A stretch of 64,000 bases of DNA from Octopus sinensis (GCF_006345805.1 NC_043013.1:30256001-30320000), one strand, 5' to 3'. Counted from the stretch's first letter, positions 27,923 to 40,947 are shown. Translations and numbers: made by a program. Notes: generated by a model from the letters alone, not told the origin.

Positions 27923-28773
27923 TCTCATGGAGAGACATTAAATAATATAATTATGGATTTATGCTAAGGAGATGTAGCTTAGACTACTGGATCAATGCTG
28001 AAAGGAGGCCAAATGCCTGTGCACTTGAAGCTCTTAATACATTTTTTCTTTTGTATGGAAATGCATTAAGTTTCAGGTAACGAAAATTTAAAAAATGGTA
28101 AGAAAAGATAAAAATAGACAACAACTTTTATATTAACCAAATGAATTTTTTGAATAAATGTTTAAGTTCATTGACTTGGTAAAATTATATGTATTTAACA
28201 TAAATTTAAATTCAATACGTTTCTCAAGCGTGTAACTTGCGAGATAATTTATACAATGTACGAAAAATCTATAAACCTTTATCATTTACGATAATAAATT
28301 TTCATACATCAACTAACAAATATAAATGTCTAACAGGCACCTAGCGTAAGAAACTTCAGAGCATGACAGTTCTTATTTTATCCATACCCTAACGCGTTGG
28401 AAGCATTTTCTATTCTAGTCTACGCGAAGATGAAACGTTCCATGTAAATGATTTCAAAATATCACGACTTGGTTTGACCTCAGTATTAGCAATTCTACAA
28501 CTCGATACCACTACAAAGTAGCCTGTCCAGATTCCACTCATGAGGGTAATTCAACAACGATTCACAATAGTTTGTGATATTCACTAGAAACCTGTGGCAA
28601 TGTGTGAACCTTTTCTGCGAGACCTAATATAAATAAAGGCGAGGCTGTGTGGTAAAAAGTTTCCTTCCAAGCCTCATGGTCTTGGGTTCACTTTCACTGC
28701 ATGGAACCTTCAGCATGTGAATAGATTTCGTAGACGAAATATGTGGTTCCTCGCTAAGATAAATATTTCAATT

Positions 28774-28843
28774 AACCTGAAGATTGACTGTAACTATAAC
28801 TCGAATTATTACGAATTGTACAGCCATGAAACGATCGTAGTGT
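28774..28843 (+). ncRNA. Type I hammerhead-like motif heading an AT-rich pLTR-like module
   Basis: aac CTGAAGA t-tgactgta..tacagcca-t GAAAC gatc GTA gtg. The core is complete and stem III (ACGATCGT) is palindromic, but stem I is weak. Confidence 0.6.
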
Positions 28844-29065
28844 TTTACTCTTTATCTTTTATTAAACTTTTAATACTTTTGATATATATTTAAAATAATA
28901 TAAATTAATTAATTTTAAGTATTGGCTTATGTTTTCATTGTTTGATTTGCCTAATAGTGGTTTATCTCTAATTTAATATAATATAATATTTTACTATAAA
29001 ATTGGATTTAATCCTAAATCTGATTTTTCCCTGTAAGTTTGGATTTATTCCCTAATATTTTATAA

Positions 29066-29107
<42 letters not shown>

Positions 29108-29109
<2 letters not shown>

Positions 29110-31364
29110 CTCTACCACTGGTATTTGAGTATTTTTTTTCCACCTTGTTTCACATTTATGTGTTTACTCTCCGGTGTAACCCGCTCCTTGTAAAAGTTTG
29201 AGCGACTCTGCACAAGTAGGAAGAACAAACAGCTGAAAAGATGGAACTTTACCCGCTGGATTTTTCTCAGAAAAATATACCTATCCCTGCACGGAAACAA
29301 TATCTCAAAGGTCTTATAGAGAAAACGGAAGAGTTTATTAGAAGACTGAGATGGAAAGCCTTCTTCTTTGATAATAAACAGAAAATAGAAGGAAACAAAT
29401 ATGGATTTAAATCTCCAGAAACCCGCCACCCATTCCGGAATTAGAAGCCTTCGAGAAAGACCTTTTCGAGCTTATTAGGAAAATTAAATTCCGCAAATAT
29501 ACCAACCAATTGCAAAAAAACATGAGAGAAAAAATTAAGGAGATTAACGACTCGAATAAGATCTTCGTTAATTCTGACAAGACAAGGAACTTATATGCAC
29601 TTGATAAGGGCGTTTATAAACGCCTGATTTCGAATAGTGTCACAGACACATACAAAAAGACAACACGAATATATACAAGAGGTGAACTTAGAAGCAAGAG
29701 GAATAGCTAACGATCTTAAGATTAGCGATAGGATTGAATACCTTTCACCACGACCAGCTTTTATACTCTGAAAGACCATAAAGCCAATTTTAGTAGAAAC
29801 ATGTAGATTGATAAATCCGGCTAAAACTGAGATAGGAATTATTAGCAAAAATATTTTGGACCGTATATTAGTTAAGTTAGATAGTGAAGTAGACTTGAGA
29901 ATTTGGAAGAATAGTAAGTCAGTTATAGAGTGGTTTAAAGGTATTAGCTATAAGAATAGTTGTAGTTTCACACAATTCGACATTATTGACTTTTACCCGT
30001 CAATATCTAGGACGTTGCTCCTAAGGGCATTGGACTTCGCCAAGCAGTATGTCAACATCGATAACTCGGAAATTGAAATTATTATGCATGCGAGGAAATC
30101 GCTTCTTTTTTTCGAGGATTCCACCTGGATTAAGAAGACTGAGGATTCTCTTTTCGATGTACCGATGGGGGCATACGACGGGGCTGAATTATGTATGCTC
30201 ATAGGAGCCTTTATTCTCCATAATCTAAAAATAGAATTCCCATTTATAGATGCAGGTTTATATAGGGATGACGGCCTTATAGCCACGCATAATCTAAACG
30301 GCCATGAATCAGATAGACTTAGGAAGGACCTTATAGCTTTCTTTCAAAGATGGGCTTACGGGTTACGATAGATGCTAACCTGAATAGTGTAGATTTTTTA
30401 GACGTAAATTTTAATGTAAGATCGGATAGATTTAAACCTTTCCGTAAGCCCAATGAAAAGCTATCGTATATTAGCAAAGATTCGAACCATCCACCAGTTA
30501 TCCTTAGCAACTTAGTCAGCAATGTAGGTAGAAGAATATCTTCAATTTCTTCGGACGAGGCAGCATTCCATAATGCTGCACCTTATTACGATAGCGCATT
30601 AAGAATAGTGGATTCTCGGAGAAGATCCAGTTCAACCAGCTTAATGCTAATAATAATGCTGCACGAAGAACTAGGACCAGGAAAGTTTTGTGGTTCAACC
30701 CGGCTTTCAATTTGGCCGTAAAGACTAATATAGGTAAGGAATTTTTGAGATTAGTCTCTAAGCATTTTAAGCAGGGTCATAAATTCTACAGAATATTTAA
30801 TAGAAGAACCCTGAAGGTTAGCTATTCTTGTTGCAGAAATTTCGCCTCTTACAATAGCCAACATAATAGGAAGCTAATTGAGATTAGACATGGTGCCGAG
30901 CCCATTAGAAATGTAATTTCAAAAACGAAAGCTCCTGTCCGTTAGAAGGGAAATGTCTAGTGAAAGGAGTAGTTTATAGAGCCAAGGTGCAAGTGGAAGG
31001 CTCATCGGAATACAAGACATACACAGGGGCTTCAGAAAATTCATTTAAAACAAGATTTTATTCTCATAAAAATTCCTTTAAATACCCAGAGAATAGGAAG
31101 AAAACCAGCCTAGCAAAATATGTCTGGGAACTAAAAGAAAAGGAAGCCCCACCTTTCAACGTGACATGGAGCATTCTGGACAGGGCGGCACTATACAGGT
31201 ATGGAGCTTACAAAAATAATTTCAAGTGCAGACTTTGTCTATTAGAAAAAATGTACATCTTATTCAAAGACAATAATTCTTTGAATCAAAGAAGTGAGTT
31301 AATGAACTTATGTAGGCACGCGGCTAAATTTAAAATGTCGAATATAAATATACCATATGGATAG
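29108..31364 (+). mobile_element. Penelope-like element (RT plus C-terminal GIY-YIG endonuclease), frameshifted
   Basis: ORF pieces 29241-31364 read SQKNIPIP..RLRWKAFFF, INPAKTEIG, FDIIDFYPSI, FDVPMGAYDGAE, GLYRDDGL (YRDD 30261-30272), DFLDVNFN, SNHPP, GVVYRAKV..YTG, then H/CRLC/CRH residues of the PLE endonuclease. Confidence 0.92.
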
Positions 31365-32400
31365 AGTATATATTTTGTATTTTGATTTTGATTTTGACTC
31401 TTAAACGATGAGCGCTACGATGGATTTTGTTTCCAAGGAATGCGGATCTTAATCCGTATAGCAAAGTCTTATGTTTCTACATATATATTAGGAAAAACCT
31501 ACAAACTTTGTTTTCATGTTATTGTATTGCATAGGATTACCTTGATTATTTATATTACCTTGATTATTTATAATTGACCCAAAATAGGATGTTATATTTT
31601 ATTTTATATGTCTTTCGTATATATTTTTTATTAATGCACCCATTTTTAAAAGCAATGTTTTTTAAAAAAAAGCAATGTTGTCAGAATTAGAATGTTTATA
31701 TAAGTATGTGTATAGCAAAGCATATGTATTTGTAAGCATGCGTATCTGTGTATGTGTAAGTGAAAGTATGTTTGTGCTTAAGCACACGTATACACGACGG
31801 TATGTATATGTATCCATTCAAACTTGTGTATGTATACTGGTCTCTAGAGATGCCAATAGCATCGTTACACTGCTTGTATACATAAGTTTTTTTCCCCACC
31901 CCTCCTTCGTTCCTTTTTCTCTCTTTCCCTTTCTTTCGTTCCCCCTCCTTGCTCAGTATATGAGAATTGCTACATAGATGAATTTTAGCTTGCGTGCGAG
32001 ACGGTTTGCGTGAATATATGTACACATGCTTTTATGTGTATATTTAGATTCATATTCATACGTCTGTATATGTATGTATGGCGTTTACGCGCATCCTTTT
32101 GTGTATGTTGATATATATATGTAGATTTTAATATAAATATGTATTGCAGTATTTATAACAGGTTTAATTTCTATGCATTAATTTGCACTGTCTTCATTAA
32201 CGTCAATAGGTTTTTTCCTCGGATTTTATAATTTTTATAAGTTTTTTTATATATATATACATATATTTTTGACCTTTTTGTTTATCGCTCGAAGATTGAC
32301 CGTTTTTTCTAAAGGGCCAATCAAACAAGTCCATTTCTTTTTAAAGGTGTAGCGTTTGTAAGAGTATAGATTGAATTGATATATCAGTTCCATTCTAGCA

Positions 32401-32447
32401 AAAACTGTCTGATGAACGGCAACGAGAAACTCAGAGTAACAGATTTT
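32401..32447 (+). ncRNA. Minimal type I hammerhead-like motif, PLE-terminus type
   Basis: aaaactgt CTGATGA a-cg-gcaa-cg-a GAAACT cag AGTA acagatttt. The core is complete but stem II is weak. Homologous to 57297-57343. Confidence 0.65.
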
Positions 32448-32475
32448 GTTGAATTTTCTGCTGCTTAAAATAAAG

Positions 32476-32542
<67 letters not shown>

Positions 32543-32560
32543 ATGTGCGTGTGTGTATAC

Positions 32561-32835
32561 ATAGGCGCAGATATGGATGTTTGGTAGGAAGATTGCTTCC
32601 CATCAACATGTTTCCGGGTTCAGCCCTACTGTGCGGCACCTTGGCATCTTCTACTATAGCCTCTAGCCGACCAGACTTGTGAGTGGATTTCGTAGAAGCA
32701 AACTGAAACAAACCCGTCGTATGTGTGTGTGTATGTATATAAATCTATGTGTGTGTATGTTTATGTGTCTGCGTCTGTGTTTGTCCCTCCATCACCGCTT
32801 GACAACCGGTGTTGGTGGTTTACGTTCACGCAACC
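32561..32835 (+). mobile_element. SINE family A
   Basis: Head and body similar to 27205. Confidence 0.75.
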
Positions 32836-33403
32836 AGCTGTCCGGAATTGTTGAACAATTCCACATTCATTCGAACACAGCTACGTGCCCACATATATTT
32901 CACATTTTTATAAAGAGTCCATGCTCAAGCTTCCTCAAACAATGTTCCAAGCCCACATAAACATTTAATATATGCGCGTACACATGGTCGCACAACCACA
33001 TTGAAATGTACACATATATACATAAGCCTGTGCGTAAATACTGCTTGACAGTTGCTTACGCACTGTCACATATGCACATCAGTGCATTCATGTACTGAGT
33101 TGTACATAGTACAAGTGGAATCGTTTAGCACATGTATCCATGCGCATTCATGCGCTCACACACACATTCACACGAGCAAACAGCTACACACGAACATACA
33201 CGCACACACTCTCCGTCTCTCTTTTTTACTTACATACACCGACCAAACATTAGGTCATTCTCAATCAGTGACATTAAATCTAATAAACAGCGATGGGATT
33301 GTCAAATAGTATAAAAAGAGAAATAAACTAGGGAAAAAAATGAAGATTCAGTGATGACAACAAATCAACACCAACACCACCAAGTTTAATATTAATAACG
33401 GAT

Positions 33404-33450
<47 letters not shown>

Positions 33451-33674
33451 TCTTTGCACAGCTTCTAACACTGGAAATGTACAACGGTGTAAGATGTACA
33501 CTACCAGTGGAATAAGGCAACACCCCTTATTTTTCGAGCACCATCCGGAAAAAAATAAGGGGTGATACGATAGTTCATTGGTAGTGAAAAGCTGATACCC
33601 TAGTACATCTTCAGTATTAGACGCTGTGGAAATAAAATAAAATAACATAATAATAATAATAATAATATTAATAG

Positions 33675-34832
33675 TTATTACAAATCATGCTATGTTGTTT
33701 TCTTCTGCTCTAATGCTATGTTCGCATCCAATAAGTCCCCTTCACCCCCTTTTTCTTGGTACATATAATCTGTTTGTGTCACTTTTTCGGTGGAATGTCC
33801 CATATCTAATTAGTAACTGCCTTGTATTTCTGTCTAAGATCTTTAGCTTGTCTAGCATGGTATGTACAATATGCCACAGGACCGCTATTACTAGAAGTTA
33901 GAAGGTCAGGCTTGTGTAGGATGGAAGATTGCAAAGATAAAGCACTGTGCAAGCAACTGAAAACGAATGAAACTGAAAATAGGAGGGTAAAGAAAAGAAT
34001 GCATGGACAATTTCATGGAGATGTTGAAGATAAGACAGACAGAGAAAAAGCTGGCCGTGAATGACTAAGTGTGATCTGAAACCGGAAACGGAGGCTCTAA
34101 TCTGTGCTGCCCAAGAGCAAGCACTAAGAACAAACTATATAAACTGAAGAGTAGAGAACACATCAGAAAGTGATAAGTGCAGCATCTGTGGACAATATGG
34201 TGATATCTTATGGCATATTACCAGCCAAAGTACGCCACTAGCCCAGAAGGAATATAAGTGATGCCACGACAATATACTAAGGTTTGTTAATTGGACACTT
34301 TGCAACAAGTGTGGACTAGAACTAGACAGAGAAAAAAATTGGTATAACCACAAATCCGAAGGCATCATCGAAATATGATAATGCAAAGATCCTGTGGGGT
34401 TTTATGATTCAGTGTGACCATGAGATAGAGAATAGGAAGCCAGACATGTTCTTAATTGAGAAACAAAGCAAACTATGCTGGATCATAGATAAAGCATGTC
34501 CAGCTGACAACAAGGTATGCGATAAGGAAGAAAGAAAAATCGTTAGATATAACAGGTTAGCTTGGGAGGTAAAGCAGTTGTGGTCTATTGAAAAAGGTGG
34601 TAGTAGTAACAATAATTATCGGAGATCTGGGAAAAGTGAATAAAAACCTTGAGAAGTACCTGGAACAAACATGGCCTGCAATAATAGTGAAGCACTTGCA
34701 GGAAACAACACTGCCTGGAACAGCTCGGATACTCCGGAAGTTGCTCGAAAAATAAGAGGTGTTACCTTAGTTCATGGGTAGTGAACAGCTGACACCGTAC
34801 TACATCTCCAGCGTAAGAAGCTGTACAAAGGC
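33675..34832 (+). mobile_element. 5'-truncated R4/Dong-like (RLE) LINE with an inverted 5' segment (33675-33878 on -)
   Basis: Plus strand: KRMHGQF, ETEALICAAQEQAL, DKCSICG, RKPDMFLIEK..IIDKAC (PD..D nuclease). Minus strand: LDRNTRQLL..FHRKSDTNRLYVPRKRG*RGL. Trinucleotide repeats flank both ends. Confidence 0.85.
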
Positions 34833-34893
34833 AATGATGATGATGATGATGATGATGTTGATGATGACGATAATAATGATGATAATAATAATG

Positions 34894-34924
<31 letters not shown>

Positions 34925-34942
34925 TAATAATAATAATAAAAG

Positions 34943-35428
34943 GTCACAGAAAACGAGAAAGCTACCATACTCTGGGATATGTCGATACACACAGATAGAG
35001 AAATTAAGGCCAACAGACCAGATATAGTTGTCAGAGATCATGAAGAAAAACATGCTTTCTAATTGATGTATCAATACCAGCAGATGACAACGTGTTTCTA
35101 AAAGAAATGGAGAAACTTTCAAAATAAAAGACCTGGAAATAGAGGTAACCAGAATGTGGAATCTAAAAACAGAAACAATTCCTATCATAGTAGGTGCATT
35201 AGGCATGATAAAAAAGTATTCAGACAAATACATAACAAAAACACCAGGACTTACAAACACATATAACATACAGAAAATTGCACTACTAGGCACTGCACAC
35301 ATCCTACGCAGAACACTTTCCATACAATAACCATCAGAGCATCACAACAAATCACAGCACATACCCAAGGCACACAGAGCTGCGCTCGGTAGTGAAGTGA
35401 AAGCACGTTATAAAAATAAAACTACTGA
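34943..35428 (+). mobile_element. R4/Dong-like LINE 3' fragment, copy 1
   Basis: IKANRPDIVVRD..CFLIDVSIP..DLEIEVTRMWNLKTETIPIIVGALG..RRTLSIQ*. Flanked by (TAA)n. Confidence 0.88.
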
Positions 35429-35506
35429 ATAATAATAATAATAATAATAATAAAATAATAATAATAATAATAATAATAAGTATAATAATAATAATAATAA
35501 TAAAAT

Positions 35507-35998
35507 GTCACAGAAAACGAGAAAGCTACCATACTCTGGGATATGTCGATACACACAGATAGAGAAATTAAGGCCAACAGACCAGATATAGTTGTCAGAG
35601 ATCATGAAGAAAAACATGCTTTCTAATTGATGTATCAATACCAACAGATGACAACGTTACTCTAAAAGAAATGGAGAAACTTTCAAATTACAAGGACCTG
35701 GAAATAGACGTAACTAGCACGTGGAATCTAAAAACAGAAATAATTCTTATCCTTGTAGGTGCAGTGCATTAGGCATGATAAAAAAATATTCAGACAAATA
35801 CATAACAAAACACCAGGACTTACAAACACATATAACATACAGAAAATTGCACTACTAGGCACTGCACACATCCTACGCAGAACACTTTCCATACAATAAC
35901 CATCAGAGCGTCACAACAAATCACAGCACATACCCAAGGCACACAGAGCTGCGCTCGGTAGTGAAGTGAAGGCACGTTATAAAAATAATACTACTGAA
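35507..35998 (+). mobile_element. R4/Dong-like LINE 3' fragment, copy 2 (tandem, same 5' end as copy 1)
   Basis: Near-identical to 34943-35428. Both start gtcacagaaaacgagaaag. (TAA)n flanks. Confidence 0.88.
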
Positions 35999-36362
35999 TA
36001 ATAATAATAATAATCCAGTGCGATCACCCGACCAGTCTCGAGGAATGGTGCGCTGGAGAGGTATGATGGTGGGGTGGTAGATGAGGGGAAACGGGTGTGG
36101 GCGGGGCTGGTGCGGGGGGAAAGAGCAGATGCACGGTCCACGGAATGTGCTCTGGCAAGTGCGGTGACACGCCTTTACTCTTCAACACGTTTCAGTCATT
36201 TGAGTGCAGGACTTAATCTTTGCAAGCGTAGTACTTATTCTATCGGTGTCTTTTGCCGAAATGTTAAGTTTCGGGAACATAAATACACCAACATCGGTTG
36301 CTATGCGATGGTGGAAGGAGAAGCACAGATACAAAGACACACACACACATAAATATACATAC

Positions 36363-36436
<74 letters not shown>

Positions 36437-36438
36437 CA

Positions 36439-36872
36439 TTATTGGTGAATTGAAGAAATGGAGCTGAACGCAGATTGAACAGAAATCGTTTTATTTCATT
36501 CTACACGTGTTTCGAAAGGCACAAATTACCAAAATCCGATTGAATAATGGGACCATATTGTGTCTTTCTCTTCAGGAAGAAAAAAGGAAATCCGTTGGAA
36601 AAACAGAACAGAGCGGAGCAAAAAACAAATCGAACTGTGCTCCTAAGAGCCCATGGCGAAACTGTTTATCAGTGTATGTTGAGAACCGGTGAATTCTTCA
36701 GCCACCGGATTTCCAACGGATTTCCTTTTTTCTTCCTGAAGAGAAAGACACAATATGGTCCCATTATTCAATCGGATTTTGGTAATTTGTGCCTTTCGAA
36801 ACACGTGTAGAATGAAATAAAACGATTTCTGTTCAATCTGCGTTCAGCTCCATTTCTTCAATTCACCAATAA
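36439..36872. mobile_element. Fold-back element: 163-bp inverted arms (36439-36601, 36710-36872) with a 108-bp spacer, homologous to 19111-19431
   Basis: The arms are reverse complements by eye. It shares aatggagctgaacg, tgtttcgaa and tttctcttcaggaa with the 19 kb element and lies next to (TA)n. Confidence 0.9.
36729..36817 (+). ncRNA. Type I hammerhead ribozyme motif (mirror copy at 36494-36582 on -)
   Basis: ttcttc CTGAAGA gaaag-acacaa..ttgtgc-ctttc GAAAC acgt GTA gaatgaa. The core is complete and stem III is palindromic. Predicted cut after 36809. Confidence 0.85.
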
Positions 36873-37026
36873 GTTTTAATTTCAATTATCCGCACCAACG
36901 CACGGTTGCAACGCCAGATGGTTGTACCTCCAACCGTGCTGTTTACTGCTGTGATTTTTGCTACTAAGTATCGGTTAAACTTTTGATTAATCTACTACAA
37001 GATTATTCATCTTTCTATTTCACATA

Positions 37027-37059
<33 letters not shown>

Positions 37060-37080
37060 ATATATATATAAGAACCCGTG

Positions 37081-37114
<34 letters not shown>

Positions 37115-37116
<2 letters not shown>

Positions 37117-37260
37117 GACGGGCTTCTTTCAGTTTCCGTCTACCAAATCCACTCACAAGGCCTTGATCGGTCCGAGGCTACAGTAGAAGACACTTGGCCT
37201 ATGTGCCACGCAGTGCGACTGAACCCGTAACCATGCAGTGGGGAACAAAGCTATAAATAT
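37115..37260 (-). mobile_element. SINE family A, 5' part
   Basis: Matches about 61390-61540. Confidence 0.75.
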
Positions 37261-37301
37261 GCGTGGAAAATTTGTGTGCTGCCGCCAACATTTGTGTTCG
37301 G

Positions 37302-37347
<46 letters not shown>

Positions 37348-38259
37348 GGACTGTGTGTATGTGTGTGTGTTTAATAAGATATAGAAGGGAGGCTGAAAAT
37401 GCCCAAGTGGACAGAATCGTTTCTGGGTTTATAATTTTGAAGCACGTGTGTGCATGTCTGAACAAGTGAGGAATAAATATAGTTATGTGTTTAGAGTTTA
37501 ACAGTTTGAGATTATGGCAGTGGCGGATTTATCTTCATGTCCGACAATATTTGTGAAAGTACGCATGCGATTAAGTGTGTGTATTAGTGCGTGGTTACGT
37601 AGTTTCAGTATGTATGTGTATATATGCATACGAAAACACTAACACACATACACGAAATTAAATTTGGGGGCACACATTACATGCTACCTTAATAAATGAA
37701 GTAAATTACGTAATTTCTGACGCCTTTCTTATATTTAATTTCATAGTACCCTCTTTACTCAAGTAAATGTATTGTTATGAAGCATATGTACGTGGGAATG
37801 CTGAAATGTTCTGGTTTTCAATAAAAGAAGATACAGGAGCATTCACACATTTTTTGCAGCGGTCCTTCAGCTTTTCTAAGCCACGTACTAGGACTCAGAA
37901 GAGCGGGTCTCCAACCAAGCCTTTTGCGACACCCTAACAGGCAGGACATTTACAGCACCTCCTCATATATTGAGTTCTAAGAATATGTTACTAGTATCGC
38001 TTGACAACAGATGTTGGTGTGTTTACGTCCCCATAACTAGTGGTTCGGCAAAAGAATCCGATGGAATATGTACTAGGCTTACAAAGAACAAGTCCTGGGG
38101 TTGATATCTTCGACTAAATGCGGTGTTCCAGCATGACCGCAGTCAAATGACTGAAACAAGTAAAAGAATAATTGAATATGGGCGGCTTTTGCTTAAACCA
38201 TCAATTGTCTGTACCCAAACTATTCGTTCAAATTAACTACTACCTTCCTACCTACCTAC

Positions 38260-38339
38260 AAACTTACCTACCTACTACCTACATACATACATACATACAT
38301 ACATACATACATACCTATCAGGCATTCACAAAGAAATAA

Positions 38340-38382
<43 letters not shown>

Positions 38383-38405
38383 AAGAGAGAGAAAGAAAGA
38401 AAGAA

Positions 38406-38436
<31 letters not shown>

Positions 38437-38480
38437 AAGAGAGAAAGAAAGAAAGAGAGAAAGAGAGAGAGAGAGAGAAA
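38260..38480. repeat. (CTAC)/(TACA)/(GA,GAAA)n compound microsatellite
   Basis: Direct inspection. Confidence 0.95.
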
Positions 38481-38707
38481 CTGTCTGAAAACTATGGAAA
38501 TATTTGCCTAATCAAAAACTATGAAAATATTTACAAATTATGTCAAATTATTTTCCAGTTTAATTCTTTTTCTTATTTTACTCTTAGTTGAAAAGTCTAA
38601 AAGTCGGAAACCGGTATTAAAATGTACTCATGATAATATTATTTTAGCATTTTCTACCTTGTTTTATTTTCCTTATACGTATCAACTCGTGTGTTACTTT
38701 TCTACCT

Positions 38708-38756
<49 letters not shown>

Positions 38757-38758
<2 letters not shown>

Positions 38759-38920
38759 GAAATGCTTCTTTCAGTTTCCTTCTACCAGATCCACTGGATA
38801 CGTCTTTGGTCGGCCCGGGACTCTCGACGGAGAAACTTCCCCAACATGCCACACAACGGGATTGAACCATGTAGTTGGGATACTAATCGTTGGGAAACAA
38901 ACTTCTTACCACACGCCCAT
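38757..38920 (-). mobile_element. SINE family A, 5' part, diverged
   Basis: Matches about 61390-61540. Confidence 0.7.
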
Positions 38921-39875
38921 GCATATGGTAAATTACACTCACATATCTGCACTTGAAAGCACATGTATACCTCTCTGTTACTACGCAGTTTACATTACGT
39001 TAGAATTCACTATATCATTATATTGTGCTCTACACTATCCGAACAGTTAAGTGAATATTATATTTTTTCTATTCTTCTTGTTATTAACGTTTGATGACTG
39101 GTAGTGAGAAATGCACCAGTTGATATCACAGAATTTCACAAATTATTTGTTTGCAGGAATATTAAGCATACCATATGCAGAATGCCTTCGGTAACTAGCT
39201 GGTGTATCAAATGATTCAATATGAGAATTCTGCTTTTTCTTTTCTGCTTTGGCTCACAGAACTCTGACGTTGAAAGAGTGTAAATTCTGAATTCCATTAT
39301 ATCCACACTAACGTAATTCAACGATGCACACACACACATACACACACGTGTGTAGGTGGGTGTTTGTGTACGAAAAAGTATGATACACACAATATGCAAC
39401 TTATAATATTTGTCACTTACGGCCGTTTAGTCTTCAGTGAGTGTTCACAATGCAATTGGATGCTAAGTCACAACTCCTATTAAAGGGGACAGTTTATTTT
39501 ATTATGCATGTATGTATGTATGTATGTGCATAAATATAAATAAACGCTATACTGCACGATGGTATGTATCTGTGTGTGTATGTATACACATAAACACACA
39601 AACATACACATAAACCTACACACATATATAAATCTTTAATCCAAACTGCGTTTAAATGTTTCAAAATAAGTTGCCTTTATATGCAGTATGCTCCGATGGA
39701 TACGTGCAGAGTGCAAACTGACTAACTGAAAGCTACGTATAAGATTATATTATCGATTGTACTGTATCTTCAAATATCTACTGAATCACTGCTTATATAA
39801 TCCATATTCTTAAGAATTTAACTAGATCTGATTTATTAATTTGCATAACCAACAATGATATGTTCCATAATGTTA

Positions 39876-40191
39876 GAGGAGCACTCCGTCGGTTACGACG
39901 TCGACGGTTCCAGCTGATACGATCAGCGAAAGAACTTGCTCGTGAAGTTAACGTACAAGTGCCTTAGCACTACACACACACGTGTTCCCTTAACGTAGTT
40001 CTCAGGGACATTCAGCGCCACTCAGAATGTGACACGGCTGGCCCTTTCAAATACAGGTACTACTCGTTTTTGTCAGCTCAGTGGACTGGAGCAACGTCAG
40101 AAAAAGTGTCTTGCTCAAAGACACAAAGTGTCGCCGGGAATTCCCGACCTTACTATCGTGAGCCGAATGCCATAAACACTACGCCACGCGC
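39876..40191 (-). mobile_element. tRNA-derived SINE family C
   Basis: The reverse complement matches the head and ttgagcaagacact domain of 49708-49949. Confidence 0.75.
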
Positions 40192-40616
40192 TTTCTGTCC
40201 ATCATTTTAATGTTGCAATATAATGAGTGCGGTCCAGATATGTTGTGGTATTAAAACACTAGTAACATTCCATAATAAAATGAACTAGTTATCGAGAATG
40301 CATTGTATATAAAACTTTGCCAATCCGATTCTCTAAAGTACCTAATATGGTGCATCTGTCAGCAGTGTTGACCTGTACAGTTAAATTGTACACTAATGAT
40401 ATATTAACAAGGGATCGAAACCAATCCAGTAACGAATATTTTATACATATTCAAGTTGCTTAAATCTGTCTATACTTGCGGCGGTTGCGACATCTGTTTG
40501 ATATCTCATTAATACCGTTTAACACACATACATAAAAACACTCTTACACACATATACACACACGCACATACATAAACACATATGTATAATTCAACAAAAT
40601 GATAATTAGTACTTAC

Positions 40617-40617
40617 G

Positions 40618-40672
<55 letters not shown>

Positions 40673-40731
40673 TGCATACATTTATGAATATAATCGCTCA
40701 CTAATATAATGAAACGAAAATGGTAAGTTGA

Positions 40732-40815
<84 letters not shown>

Positions 40816-40848
40816 CTATATATATATATATACATATATATATATAAC

Positions 40849-40901
<53 letters not shown>

Positions 40902-40902
40902 C

Positions 40903-40945
<43 letters not shown>
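40617..40945. repeat. (TA)n microsatellite blocks
   Basis: Direct inspection. Confidence 0.95.

Positions 40946-40947
<2 letters not shown>

Noticed and set aside
36015-36180. GC-rich 165-bp island after (TAA)n
   Set aside because: No ORF motif, structure or second copy. Possibly a repeat end, but unsupported.
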